32,650 bases of DNA from a virus (taxonomy: Duplodnaviria; Caudoviricetes). Position numbers and translations under genes: made by a program. Of this stretch, positions 1-8,296 are shown piece after piece (positions within the stretch are counted from its first letter, which is position 1; each line of letters opens with the position of its first letter). The notes under the pieces are model-generated. The model worked only from the letters and a program-made list of their open reading frames with translations. It did no database searches and was not told the origin of the DNA. The stretch spans positions 1 to 32,650 of IMG/VR virus record IMGVR_UViG_3300020045_012556; one strand, given 5' to 3'.

Positions 1-121
1 AATTACAGAATTGCAAAATAATTATTATACATTGGTACAGGATAATTTGTTAGCTATTGAAAAAAATCAACTTGCAGTTGAAAACGGAATAATATCTGAA
101 GACGATGCAAGGGAAAATAAT
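1..121. repeat. Terminal direct repeat, left copy (circular-assembly overlap)
   Basis: 1-121 is identical to 32530-32650. Confidence 0.97.
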
Positions 122-2209
122 ATAAATATTATCCGTGATCAGATTGATGCATTATTATCATTGCAGGCAGCGCAAAATTTACAGGGTGGCGAAACACCTG
201 AAGAAACTAGTGCAAGACAAAAACAAATTAAAGATTTAAAAGAACAGATGAGAGCGCTTGAGGGAGAACGCGGAATAGTTGATTTTATAAAATCGTTACT
301 ACCTGATATCAGCATGGCGTCAATGATGGTTGGAATTGGAATACCGGAAAATATCGCAAAAGGGATTTCACAAGGTTTACATTTTGCGACATCGGCAATT
401 AAAGGAACAGTTGAAATGATGGCAGACGCTTTTGAAAACACAATAGAATTTTTCGCAGGCGCGTTTGATGTTATGTCGTGGATGAGTGCGTTTGATCCGC
501 AGACAATGTTCGACGATTTTGAAACTTTTATAAATGGTTTGATAGATTTTTTTACAACAGATATTGGGTCAATTCCTATTTTCGTTCAGATGGGTTTAGA
601 TTTGGTTGAGGGTTTAATAACATCAATAACAGAAAATCTTCCAGCAATTGTTGAAACTATCGGAAATGTAATTGATCAACTCGTAACATTTTTTATAGAA
701 AACTCACCGACATTGATTGATTCGGTTGTAACTATTATCGTATCGTTAGTTTCGGTTATTGGGGAAAAACTTCCTGCAATTTTTAACGCGTTGATGGTAG
801 GTCTCGTAGCATTTTTTGAATCAATCGCTGAAAATTCATCCGAGTTAACACAAATATTTACTGACGCACTTGTCGGCATAATTTACAGTTTGACTGATAA
901 TTTGCCAGCGTTAATTACTGCATTAGTAACAATTTTCATAAATGTTTTTAACGGTTTAGTTGATGCGTTGCCAGAACTTATACCGGCGATTGTTGGATTA
1001 GTTGCTGTGATAATTGAAGTTTTAGCGCAAAATTTACCAGCAATTGTTGATGCAATAATTAAAACGTTTCCGGATATTTTTATAGCGTTTGCGGTAATTT
1101 TACCAATTGAAATAATAAAAGTTTTACCCGATATCATTAGTGCGATTATTGTTGCGTTGATAACATTGATTAAACAGGTTCCAGTGTCGTTGACAATGGC
1201 GTTAATCGATCTCGGGAAACAAATTGTCGCAGGAATTGTAAAAGGAATTTTGCAGGCTCCTTCAATTTGGTCGAAAGTGAAGCAAGTTTTTCAAACATTT
1301 ATTAATGCTGTTAAAAACTTTTTCGGAATTCAATCGCCATCTACTGTTTTTTTTAATTTCGGAGTGAATATTATTCAGGGTTTGATAAATGGGATTTTAA
1401 GTATCGGCGGAACAATTATAAATTATTTTATTTCGTTTTTTACCAATATATTTAATTATCTTCAAAGTATATTAACTCAGTTTTTTAATTTTGGATGGGC
1501 GTTTGTATCAAATATTATTCAGGGCGTACAAAATATAGGATCGCAGATAGGATCAACAATAGTATTGTTTGTGCAAAATGCTTTTGACTCATTATCAAAT
1601 TTTACTTCAAAATTTTTACAACTCGGAAAAGATTTTGCACAATCTATTATTGACGGCATAATAAATAAATCATCACAAATTGCATCAGCTTTAATTGATG
1701 CGTTGCAATCCGCAGTGAGCGGTTTATTTTATGGGATTAAAGACGTTGTTTGGGGATGGATTACGGGATGGTTTAGTAATATTGCTAATGGTACGTGGAC
1801 GTATTTAAAAAAGAAAGTTGTTTCAGAAATTAAATCTATGATCCCCGGCGGTGGCGGATTTGATTGGCCAGGGGATGAAGGCGAGGGGGTACCGTATATA
1901 CCGGGAATAGCGACTGGAACAATGGACGCCATCGGCGGATTATCTCTCGTCGGAGAAAAAGGAGCGGAGCTTGTAAATCTTCCGTCGCACTCACAGGTTT
2001 TTCCTGCGGACGCGACACGGAGTATTTTAAACGGATTATCCGGTGCGCAAAATTTAAATAGCTTGAATCCTAAAATAAATAATTCTGGAACACAAACAAT
2101 AATATTAAAAAATAATATGCATGGAAGTTTTAATGTTGATGGTCGCTTGTTAAGTCGCATAGTTTTTGAAAATCTCGACAAGTTTACAAAGGCGGCGTAT
2201 GGTAATTAA
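1..2209 (+). CDS. Tail tape measure protein, C-terminal part (continues from 30932 across the junction)
   Basis: Long amphipathic helical repeats (LPAIV...) and C-terminal ATGT..GGLSLVGEKGAELV motif; in frame with 30932-32529 after circularisation (3807 nt, 1268 aa). Confidence 0.93.
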   Translation, partial: ITELQNNYYTLVQDNLLAIEKNQLAVENGIISEDDARENNINIIRDQIDALLSLQAAQNLQGGETPEETSARQKQIKDLKEQMRALEGERGIVDFIKSLLPDISMASMMVGIGIPENIAKGISQGLHFATSAIKGTVEMMADAFENTIEFFAGAFDVMSWMSAFDPQTMFDDFETFINGLIDFFTTDIGSIPIFVQMGLDLVEGLITSITENLPAIVETIGNVIDQLVTFFIENSPTLIDSVVTIIVSLVSVIGEKLPAIFNALMVGLVAFFESIAENSSELTQIFTDALVGIIYSLTDNLPALITALVTIFINVFNGLVDALPELIPAIVGLVAVIIEVLAQNLPAIVDAIIKTFPDIFIAFAVILPIEIIKVLPDIISAIIVALITLIKQVPVSLTMALIDLGKQIVAGIVKGILQAPSIWSKVKQVFQTFINAVKNFFGIQSPSTVFFNFGVNIIQGLINGILSIGGTIINYFISFFTNIFNYLQSILTQFFNFGWAFVSNIIQGVQNIGSQIGSTIVLFVQNAFDSLSNFTSKFLQLGKDFAQSIIDGIINKSSQIASALIDALQSAVSGLFYGIKDVVWGWITGWFSNIANGTWTYLKKKVVSEIKSMIPGGGGFDWPGDEGEGVPYIPGIATGTMDAIGGLSLVGEKGAELVNLPSHSQVFPADATRSILNGLSGAQNLNSLNPKINNSGTQTIILKNNMHGSFNVDGRLLSRIVFENLDKFTKAAYGN

Positions 2210-3620
2210 AGTTTTAGTTGGAACGGAAGAATATAGCGCGGATGATCAATATAGTATACAGCAACAAGCCGGGGCAGTATCATCGAGCAATGTAATAGTA
2301 AAAGTTTTATCAACGCAGGACGTCCCGCAAACTTTTGCAGATTGCACAATCACGGTTGACGATGTGCCGATATTTTGGGGAATTATTCAGAGCGTTGAAA
2401 GCCCAGAATTTGCAGGCGGATACGAAGTCCGCAAATATAATTTAAATATTTCATCCGGTGAAAGCATTTTTAATAATCGTTTGGTTTCAGAAGCTTGTGG
2501 CGATATGTTAACACACGAAATAGTGCAAATATTATTTGATAATTATATCGCAGACGAAGGAATCACGCTCGGACAAATTTCGGTATCTACTCAATTATAT
2601 GAAAATTGGAATTGTTCTTTTGAAAAACTAAGCGACGTTTTGTTTGAGCTTGCAGAAGATATAAACGCATCTTTTTACGTATCACCTGATAAAAAATTTT
2701 ATTTTGTAACTCGTGATGCGTTTGAACAGATCGATGCGCCTGAGAAAATAACAGGATTGAAACTCGAAGAAGAGAATGGAGACTTGCGTACTGTGCAAAT
2801 TGTAACAGGGGCGAGCGAAGAAACGAGCACACAAACTGAGGGTATGTTCTGGGCGCTTGATCAAACAGTTATAAATTTAGGATATCAAATAAAATCAGTG
2901 ACGGGAATATCAATTAACGGAATACCGGTCGGAGTTGGTAAACTCGGTGTTGATGAAACAGATATTACAAAAACATTTTTATATCAGATCGGAGATCAAT
3001 CAGTAACATTAAATAGCAACGCAACTGTGCAACCGGCGGAAGGCGACAATGTTGTAATATTGTATAAAGGATTTTATGAAATTATTGTTACGAATACAAA
3101 TGATAGTTTGAAATCATCGTTAATCGCGCTGAACGGTACTAGCGGAATAATTGAGCAAATTTTAACTGATGAAACAATCGATAATTTTTCAGACGCCGAT
3201 CAGAAAGCGACTGCATTATTAAATCAGTACGGCGAACGTGAACAGACGTTATCGTGTAGTTGTAATAGTTTAGATTTATCAGATACGGATTTATATAAGA
3301 TTTGGAATTTTGCGTTGACAGATTTGAGAATAACAGGTCAATATATAATTGTTGAAAGATCATTGTCGTCTTTTGGTGTTGATAAAATGTGGTCGCGGAT
3401 TAAGTTGAAAAATAAAAACTTTTTTTCGCGTTACGGAACTGTTTTAAATAAAAAAGTTAAAAAACGTGGTGCGGACGTAAAAGTTTATAAACAAACTGTG
3501 ATAGGCGATACAATGACAAATAGCGATAGTGTAGTTTTTGACCAGGGCGATTTTGTTTTTTATCCGTCTGATTATTTTATTGATCCTATGTTTACAGATT
3601 GTTTTTATCCGGGGTACTAA
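2199..3620 (+). CDS. Tail tip / baseplate hub-like minor tail protein
   Basis: Directly follows the tape measure gene; acidic and beta-rich, with a hub-like LSDVLFELAEDINASFYVSPDKKFYF segment; start taken at ATG 2199. Confidence 0.65.
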   Translation: MVIKVLVGTEEYSADDQYSIQQQAGAVSSSNVIVKVLSTQDVPQTFADCTITVDDVPIFWGIIQSVESPEFAGGYEVRKYNLNISSGESIFNNRLVSEACGDMLTHEIVQILFDNYIADEGITLGQISVSTQLYENWNCSFEKLSDVLFELAEDINASFYVSPDKKFYFVTRDAFEQIDAPEKITGLKLEEENGDLRTVQIVTGASEETSTQTEGMFWALDQTVINLGYQIKSVTGISINGIPVGVGKLGVDETDITKTFLYQIGDQSVTLNSNATVQPAEGDNVVILYKGFYEIIVTNTNDSLKSSLIALNGTSGIIEQILTDETIDNFSDADQKATALLNQYGEREQTLSCSCNSLDLSDTDLYKIWNFALTDLRITGQYIIVERSLSSFGVDKMWSRIKLKNKNFFSRYGTVLNKKVKKRGADVKVYKQTVIGDTMTNSDSVVFDQGDFVFYPSDYFIDPMFTDCFYPGY

Positions 3621-4078
3621 TGATAAATATTATAGATTCAAGTAAATTTAAAGGTGAATATAAATTTGAGGGTTTTGATTTAAACGGTAAAAAAGTTTTT
3701 GATAAAACATACAAAAATGTTTTAGTCCAGAATTATTTCAATGAAATTTTTGCAATGCTTAACGGTGATGCGGTCGCACTCGAATTGACACACATCGCAA
3801 CCGGAGACGGTGTAACAGCTCCACTAAAAGCAAACGTCGCATTGGAAAATGAATTATTTCGAAAAGCAATATCGTCAAAGTCGATAACCGCTACTCAGTT
3901 TATTTTAAAATTATCGATTGCAGCTTCAGAAAGCGTTTTCACAATTAAAGAAATTGGAGTTTTTGCAGAAGCGACGGACACACCATTGAGCGGTATTTTA
4001 ATTTCACGATGTGCGGTTGACGTTGTTAAAAACGCAAGCACACAATATTTAGTAACATACACAATAACGGCGGTTTAA
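3620..4078 (+). CDS. Tail fibre collar/adaptor-like structural protein
   Basis: THIATGDG..AP....ALENELFRK and IKEIGVF motifs typical of tail-collar-type proteins; TAATG coupling to the upstream gene. Confidence 0.6.
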   Translation: MINIIDSSKFKGEYKFEGFDLNGKKVFDKTYKNVLVQNYFNEIFAMLNGDAVALELTHIATGDGVTAPLKANVALENELFRKAISSKSITATQFILKLSIAASESVFTIKEIGVFAEATDTPLSGILISRCAVDVVKNASTQYLVTYTITAV

Positions 4079-4080
4079 AA

Positions 4081-5553
4081 ATGGGATATATAAGAAAATT
4101 TTGGGAATCAAGAACAGGAACAAATTTAACTAAATTTACGAAATCAAGTGAAACTGGAACGAGTGTTATTTTAACAAACGCCCCGGACGCGATCACAAAT
4201 CCGGGAACTCCAGTTTCCGAAGATGCGCTAAATAATATCGAAATTGGCATTGAGGAAACGAGAAATTACACATCAAGTGAAAATTATGTTACAACTATCG
4301 GAAATTTTTTTGGTATAACTCATGATGGAGTAAATTTTTATATTTGCGACATAGATAATAATAAAATAATAAAAAAAATAATTTCAACCGGAGTCGAAAG
4401 CAATTTCAAAACAGGGATTAATCCCATTACAATAGTTTATTTGGACGGATATTTGTATTTTCATGACCAAGGAGATTTTAAAATAAAAAAAATTGAAATT
4501 TCTTCAGGTACAATGACAGATATTGTAACTGGCGTTGATACAGTTGATTCAATAACAACTGACGGAACATATTTGTATATAGCAAGAAACACAATTTCTA
4601 AAATACAAAAAATAACAACATCTGGGACGATTACAGATGTTGTTACTGGCTTGACATCAGCAACTAGGTCTCTAACTCGAATAGACGGAAATCTTTATTT
4701 AGTTGATTCGAGCACCGTGTTAAAAAAAATAGTAATTTCTACGGGAATAATATCTAATTTCGCAACTATAGATATATCCGTAAATATAACAACTGATGGA
4801 ACTAATTTATTTTGCACAACTCAATATTCTCATAAAATTCAAAAAATAATTGTATCATCGCAAATTGTATCTGATTTCAGATATGGAATTTTTAACAAAA
4901 ATAATTATAATTCGTTTGTTTCACATTACAATAATTATTTTTATTATGTTGATAGCGTTGATGGGTTTATTAAAAAAGTTAATATTACTCCGTCAATTTT
5001 TCTTTCGCCGTCTTTGATCCTAAATGTTAACATAACATCAGGGACCGTTGTTTTGCCAGATGCTCGATATTCGTCGATTAGGTTATATGGGACGTTGGCT
5101 GAAAACAGTATTTTAGTTTTACCGGATGATTTAAGATCATACAAAATAATAAATGATTGTACCGGTTCATATTATGTAACAGTTAAAACGGCAAGTGGAA
5201 CTGGGATTACTAGTTATGCGTACAATGGTTCAGTTAGAGAATGTTATTGCGACGGAACAAATATAAAACAGTTGAGTAATGGAGTTAAGAAATTAACTGG
5301 AACAACGGGAGAATCTGAAGGCGATGTCATAAATATTGCGCATGGGTTGGATTATACAAAAATATTACATTTCGAAAGTTATTTATATATATCTGGGACA
5401 TCCTCTTTGGTTTCTCCGGCGTTTCAATATGTCGGCGGTTTTTTATACAATATAACTTGTGAGGGTAATAATTTTACTATTTACATGCACCCTACCGAGT
5501 CGGGAAATATATTATCTAAACCGATAACAATTACTATATATTATGAAGGATAA
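4081..5553 (+). CDS. Receptor-binding / tail fibre protein with beta-propeller (NHL-like) repeats
   Basis: N-terminal GTPVSEDALNNIEIGI anchor motif; repeated ~40-aa units (GITHDGVNFYI, ITTDGTYLYI, ITTDGTNLF); last gene of the tail module. Confidence 0.7.
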   Translation: MGYIRKFWESRTGTNLTKFTKSSETGTSVILTNAPDAITNPGTPVSEDALNNIEIGIEETRNYTSSENYVTTIGNFFGITHDGVNFYICDIDNNKIIKKIISTGVESNFKTGINPITIVYLDGYLYFHDQGDFKIKKIEISSGTMTDIVTGVDTVDSITTDGTYLYIARNTISKIQKITTSGTITDVVTGLTSATRSLTRIDGNLYLVDSSTVLKKIVISTGIISNFATIDISVNITTDGTNLFCTTQYSHKIQKIIVSSQIVSDFRYGIFNKNNYNSFVSHYNNYFYYVDSVDGFIKKVNITPSIFLSPSLILNVNITSGTVVLPDARYSSIRLYGTLAENSILVLPDDLRSYKIINDCTGSYYVTVKTASGTGITSYAYNGSVRECYCDGTNIKQLSNGVKKLTGTTGESEGDVINIAHGLDYTKILHFESYLYISGTSSLVSPAFQYVGGFLYNITCEGNNFTIYMHPTESGNILSKPITITIYYEG

Positions 5554-5562
5554 AAAAATGAA

Positions 5563-5745
5563 ATGGAAAATATCAACACTAATTTTATTATTTCGGGTTT
5601 GTTCGCTTTGCTTGGTTCTCTGTTTATTTACATTGCTAATCGGATCGTTAAACAAAACGACGAAGACATTAAAGAGTTACGAAAATTACAGTATGAAGAC
5701 AGAGAAAGAATTTGTAAACTTGAAGGTAAGGAGTGCAAAAAATGA
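5563..5745 (+). CDS. Small single-TM plus coiled-coil protein (holin/antiholin-like)
   Basis: N-terminal hydrophobic helix and charged tail; first gene of the lysis cassette; ATGA overlap with the next ORF. Confidence 0.55.
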   Translation: MENINTNFIISGLFALLGSLFIYIANRIVKQNDEDIKELRKLQYEDRERICKLEGKECKK

Positions 5746-5876
5746 AAAAAATTGAATGTGAAAATTACACAAGAATTGTCGGATATTTTCGTCCGATTTC
5801 AGAATGTAACGCAGGGAAAAAATCTGAAATTGCAGATAGACTTTTATATGATGGTAATAAAAAATGCGCAAAATAG
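5742..5876 (+). CDS. 44-aa stand-alone glycyl-radical domain resembling the C-terminus of class III ribonucleotide reductase (NrdD)
   Basis: Hand translation MKKIECENYTRIVGYFRPISECNAGKKSEIADRLLYDGNKKCAK; AAGGAG SD at 5728-5733; ATGA overlap; matches the RxxGY(F)RP...N.GK..E..DR motif. Confidence 0.85.
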   Translation: MKKIECENYTRIVGYFRPISECNAGKKSEIADRLLYDGNKKCAK

Positions 5877-6379
5877 GATACAACTATCAAACCGATAATA
5901 TTATAGCACTCGGAATTAGAGGATCTTCTCAATGTTTTTCAACGTGCGATTGGATGTTTTTATCATATTATTGCCAGCTATACAAAGTAAATGACGATCC
6001 GATGATAAAACAATATATTGAGGCGCTCGGAAAAGAAGATGTAAATAAAATTTTTGAATGGGAAGCCCATCGAATGCAAATTCAAAAATGGTTATTTGTA
6101 CAAAATGTTCCGGGACTGATGAAACAAGAGTTGATTTCAAAAGATAAATTAAAAGAACTTTTAAAAACTCGTCCTGTGATTATCGGTACTAAAAAAATGG
6201 CAGGCTTGCCGGGCGGACACATTATACTCGGCGTTGACGTTGATGGTGATAATATAATTTGCAATGATCCATACGGAAATGCGTTGACAAATTATAAAAG
6301 CAAAAACGGAGAAAATGTTCAGTATGTTTTTGAAATGTTTGATTCTGGAAAAAATATTCGCGGGATGTGGTTAGAATGA
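5864..6379 (+). CDS. C39-like cysteine peptidase, putative endolysin
   Basis: YQTDN...QCFSTC, PVIIG...GGHIIL...NDPYG (Cys-His-Asp arrangement); flanked by holin-like genes. Confidence 0.8.
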   Translation: MRKIGYNYQTDNIIALGIRGSSQCFSTCDWMFLSYYCQLYKVNDDPMIKQYIEALGKEDVNKIFEWEAHRMQIQKWLFVQNVPGLMKQELISKDKLKELLKTRPVIIGTKKMAGLPGGHIILGVDVDGDNIICNDPYGNALTNYKSKNGENVQYVFEMFDSGKNIRGMWLE

Positions 6380-6579
6380 AAAAAATAATTGACACGTATT
6401 TAAAATCATCAATAGGTCGCGTAGGATTTTTAATTTGCATAATAGGTGGTAACTATTGTGCAATTTGGGGATTGATGAATGATAAAGATTTATTGGGATT
6501 ATCAGCTCTGGCCGGTGTAATTTTGGGTGCAGCGTTTGGAGGAAAACATTTCGGAAATAAATCAGAGGTGAAAAAATGA
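6376..6579 (+). CDS. Putative holin (two TM helices)
   Basis: Two hydrophobic segments and a basic C-terminus; ATGA overlap with the peptidase stop. Confidence 0.6.
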   Translation: MKKIIDTYLKSSIGRVGFLICIIGGNYCAIWGLMNDKDLLGLSALAGVILGAAFGGKHFGNKSEVKK

Positions 6580-6923
6580 ACCAACTTTTTTTAACTTATA
6601 ATGTACATAATGGAAAATGGATTGTAGAGCAGGATTATTTTAATAACATCGCAAATGTTTTAATTTTAAAAGGTTTTAAAACTGATCTTGCATCTATACC
6701 GCGTTTTCTTTGGTGTTTCATGGCAAGTTTTGAACTGTCTAAAGCCGCGCCTCTGGTGCATGATTTTTTATACCGTAATAATATCGGTACACGTAAGCAG
6801 GCGGATAAATATTTTTTATCAATAATGAAACATGAGGGCGTAAAATTTTGGAAACGTCGCACAGCGTATATCGCCGTTAGAATTTTTGCTGGTATAGTTT
6901 GGAGGAAGCATGAAAAGAAATAG
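6576..6923 (+). CDS. DUF1353-family protein
   Basis: GFKTDLASIPRFLW, AAPLVHDFLY, ADKYF and YIAVR motifs; GAGGTG SD. Confidence 0.85.
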   Translation: MNQLFLTYNVHNGKWIVEQDYFNNIANVLILKGFKTDLASIPRFLWCFMASFELSKAAPLVHDFLYRNNIGTRKQADKYFLSIMKHEGVKFWKRRTAYIAVRIFAGIVWRKHEKK

Positions 6924-7254
6924 TTTGTTTATTTTACTGTTTTTATTTATCGGTTGCGCGTCCTTGCCGTCAACCATTGCGCAAAATAAAATTGATAATA
7001 TTTTGCAGTCCGGTGATATACAAAGCAATGATATTAAAATCGTTCGAAGGGCGGCTTTGGAAATTGCAGAGATTGCACAGAAAGGAATTGCAGACGCTGA
7101 AGCAAAAAGAAATAAAGCCGAAAAAGATTATGAGTCTGAAAGAAAATATGCAGACATAGGAAAAAAAATTGTAGCCTGTGGGGTGTCGGCTGTGATTTTA
7201 ATTTTTGTTTATTTGTTCTTTAGATTTGTTTTCCCTGTTATGAAAAAACTATAA
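6910..7254 (+). CDS. Putative unimolecular spanin (lipoprotein plus C-terminal TM)
   Basis: Signal peptide with lipobox LFIG-C, helical middle, C-terminal TM helix; GGAGG SD; last gene of the lysis cassette. Confidence 0.7.
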   Translation: MKRNSLFILLFLFIGCASLPSTIAQNKIDNILQSGDIQSNDIKIVRRAALEIAEIAQKGIADAEAKRNKAEKDYESERKYADIGKKIVACGVSAVILIFVYLFFRFVFPVMKKL

Positions 7255-7316
7255 AGCAATAATAAAAAAACGGCTATGGGAATATAAATCATAGCCGTAA
7301 TTAAAAATATAATCAT
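7209..7316 (-). CDS. Possible 35-aa membrane peptide
   Basis: MIIFLITAMIYIPIAVFLLLLYSFFITGKTNLKNK; ATGA coupling to the upstream ORF, but overlaps a terminator-like hairpin and the spanin 3' end. Confidence 0.35.
   Translation of the reverse strand: MIIFLITAMIYIPIAVFLLLLYSFFITGKTNLKNK
7264..7298 (-). terminator. Intrinsic terminator-like hairpin between convergent operons
   Basis: ACGGCTATG (7270-7278) / CATAGCCGT (7290-7298) stem with a T-tract on the - strand. Confidence 0.6.
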
Positions 7317-7426
7317 AACAATTCATCATCTCCGTTTTCAATTATTTTATTATACACCGCAAGTGCGATAAAAAATATTATGATAATTAAAAATATAATA
7401 CCAAACACTGCTAAAACGTTAATCAT
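7313..7426 (-). CDS. 37-aa single-TM peptide
   Basis: MINVLAVFGIIFLIIIIFFIALAVYNKIIENGDDELL; TAATG coupling with the upstream gene and GAGG upstream. Confidence 0.55.
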   Translation of the reverse strand: MINVLAVFGIIFLIIIIFFIALAVYNKIIENGDDELL

Positions 7427-7734
7427 TACATACCTCTCTCTAAAACTGATTTTAAATTATTTAATTTTTTGCATTGCTCTTTATTTCTCAACTCGTTAGC
7501 TAAATGTTTAAAATCCGGGTGATAATAAACCTCAGGCATAAAATCTTTTTTAGGCATATGTGCAAGTTCTTTATTTTTTACAGCATTATTAAGCGCGATT
7601 CTAACATCGCGCGGCAATTTATAAATTATTTTTACGCGCTCGAATTTGACGAACATTACATTTGCCTGTTCAGTTGTGATTTTACCCAAATTATGTAAAT
7701 CTTTTATGTGTTCAAAATCGCTTTGTTTTGACAT
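7426..7734 (-). CDS. Hypothetical protein
   Basis: 102-aa ORF colinear with the leftward operon. Confidence 0.75.
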   Translation of the reverse strand: MSKQSDFEHIKDLHNLGKITTEQANVMFVKFERVKIIYKLPRDVRIALNNAVKNKELAHMPKKDFMPEVYYHPDFKHLANELRNKEQCKKLNNLKSVLERGM

Positions 7735-7751
7735 TTAATTAATCTCATTTT

Positions 7752-7931
7752 TTATTCTATTGTTAATTTTCCAAACACATTTTTTTTGATAATGTTTTGC
7801 AATTTATTATTATCAAACAAAATTACATCGTCACCATGATAACAAATCGTAACCGCATATCGCAATGCTTTTTTATAATCATGATAAAACATGTCCGGTT
7901 TATTTTTTTGTGTTACTTTATATCGTTTCAT
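7752..7931 (-). CDS. 59-aa hypothetical protein
   Basis: MKRYKVTQKNKPDMFYHDYKKALRYAV...; AGGAG SD; below the ORF-track cutoff. Confidence 0.7.
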   Translation of the reverse strand: MKRYKVTQKNKPDMFYHDYKKALRYAVTICYHGDDVILFDNNKLQNIIKKNVFGKLTIE

Positions 7932-7942
7932 ATTTTACTCCT

Positions 7943-7966
7943 AAAAAAAGCCGGACGAATCCGGCT
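7943..7966 (-). terminator. Intrinsic terminator
   Basis: AGCCGG-ATTCGT-CCGGCT followed by a T-tract on the - strand, just after ORF 7975-8205. Confidence 0.75.
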
Positions 7967-7974
7967 AATAGTTT

Positions 7975-8205
7975 TTAATCACACGCCTCTCCAGTTTTTA
8001 AAAATAACTCAAATTTTTCATCATCAATCTGTTTTTGTCTCTCAGATTTTTCATTTTTTTCAATATTAAAAATCATAGTAGAGAGAATCTGAATATTTTC
8101 ATAATTGGCGCGATATGCTGCATCATCTGTATCTGAAATCGGTCTGGAAAAATTAGCATCAACAAGGTTTGCATTTTGCAACATTTTTTCAATCTGTGTT
8201 TTCAT
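7975..8205 (-). CDS. Hypothetical protein (has its own promoter and terminator)
   Basis: 76-aa ORF with GGAGG SD. Confidence 0.8.
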   Translation of the reverse strand: MKTQIEKMLQNANLVDANFSRPISDTDDAAYRANYENIQILSTMIFNIEKNEKSERQKQIDDEKFELFLKTGEACD

Positions 8206-8262
8206 AAAAATCCTCCGCGTTACGCCGCCGCTTTTTGTTATGATCTAATTGATCATGTATAT

Positions 8263-8291
8263 AATATAATAGCAGTCCGACATTTTGTCAA
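8263..8291 (-). promoter_or_regulatory. Sigma70-type promoter with operator TGTCGGACT
   Basis: TTGACA-17-TATATT; operator at 8274-8282. Confidence 0.75.
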
Positions 8292-8296
8292 GTATT

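Noticed and set aside
11-2209. 732-aa ORF as an independent membrane protein starting at TTG 11
   Set aside because: It is the in-frame continuation of the tape measure gene from 30932 across the terminal overlap
5543-5755. 70-aa hydrophobic ORF
   Set aside because: Alternative frame over 5563-5745, which fits the ATGA coupling to the next gene better
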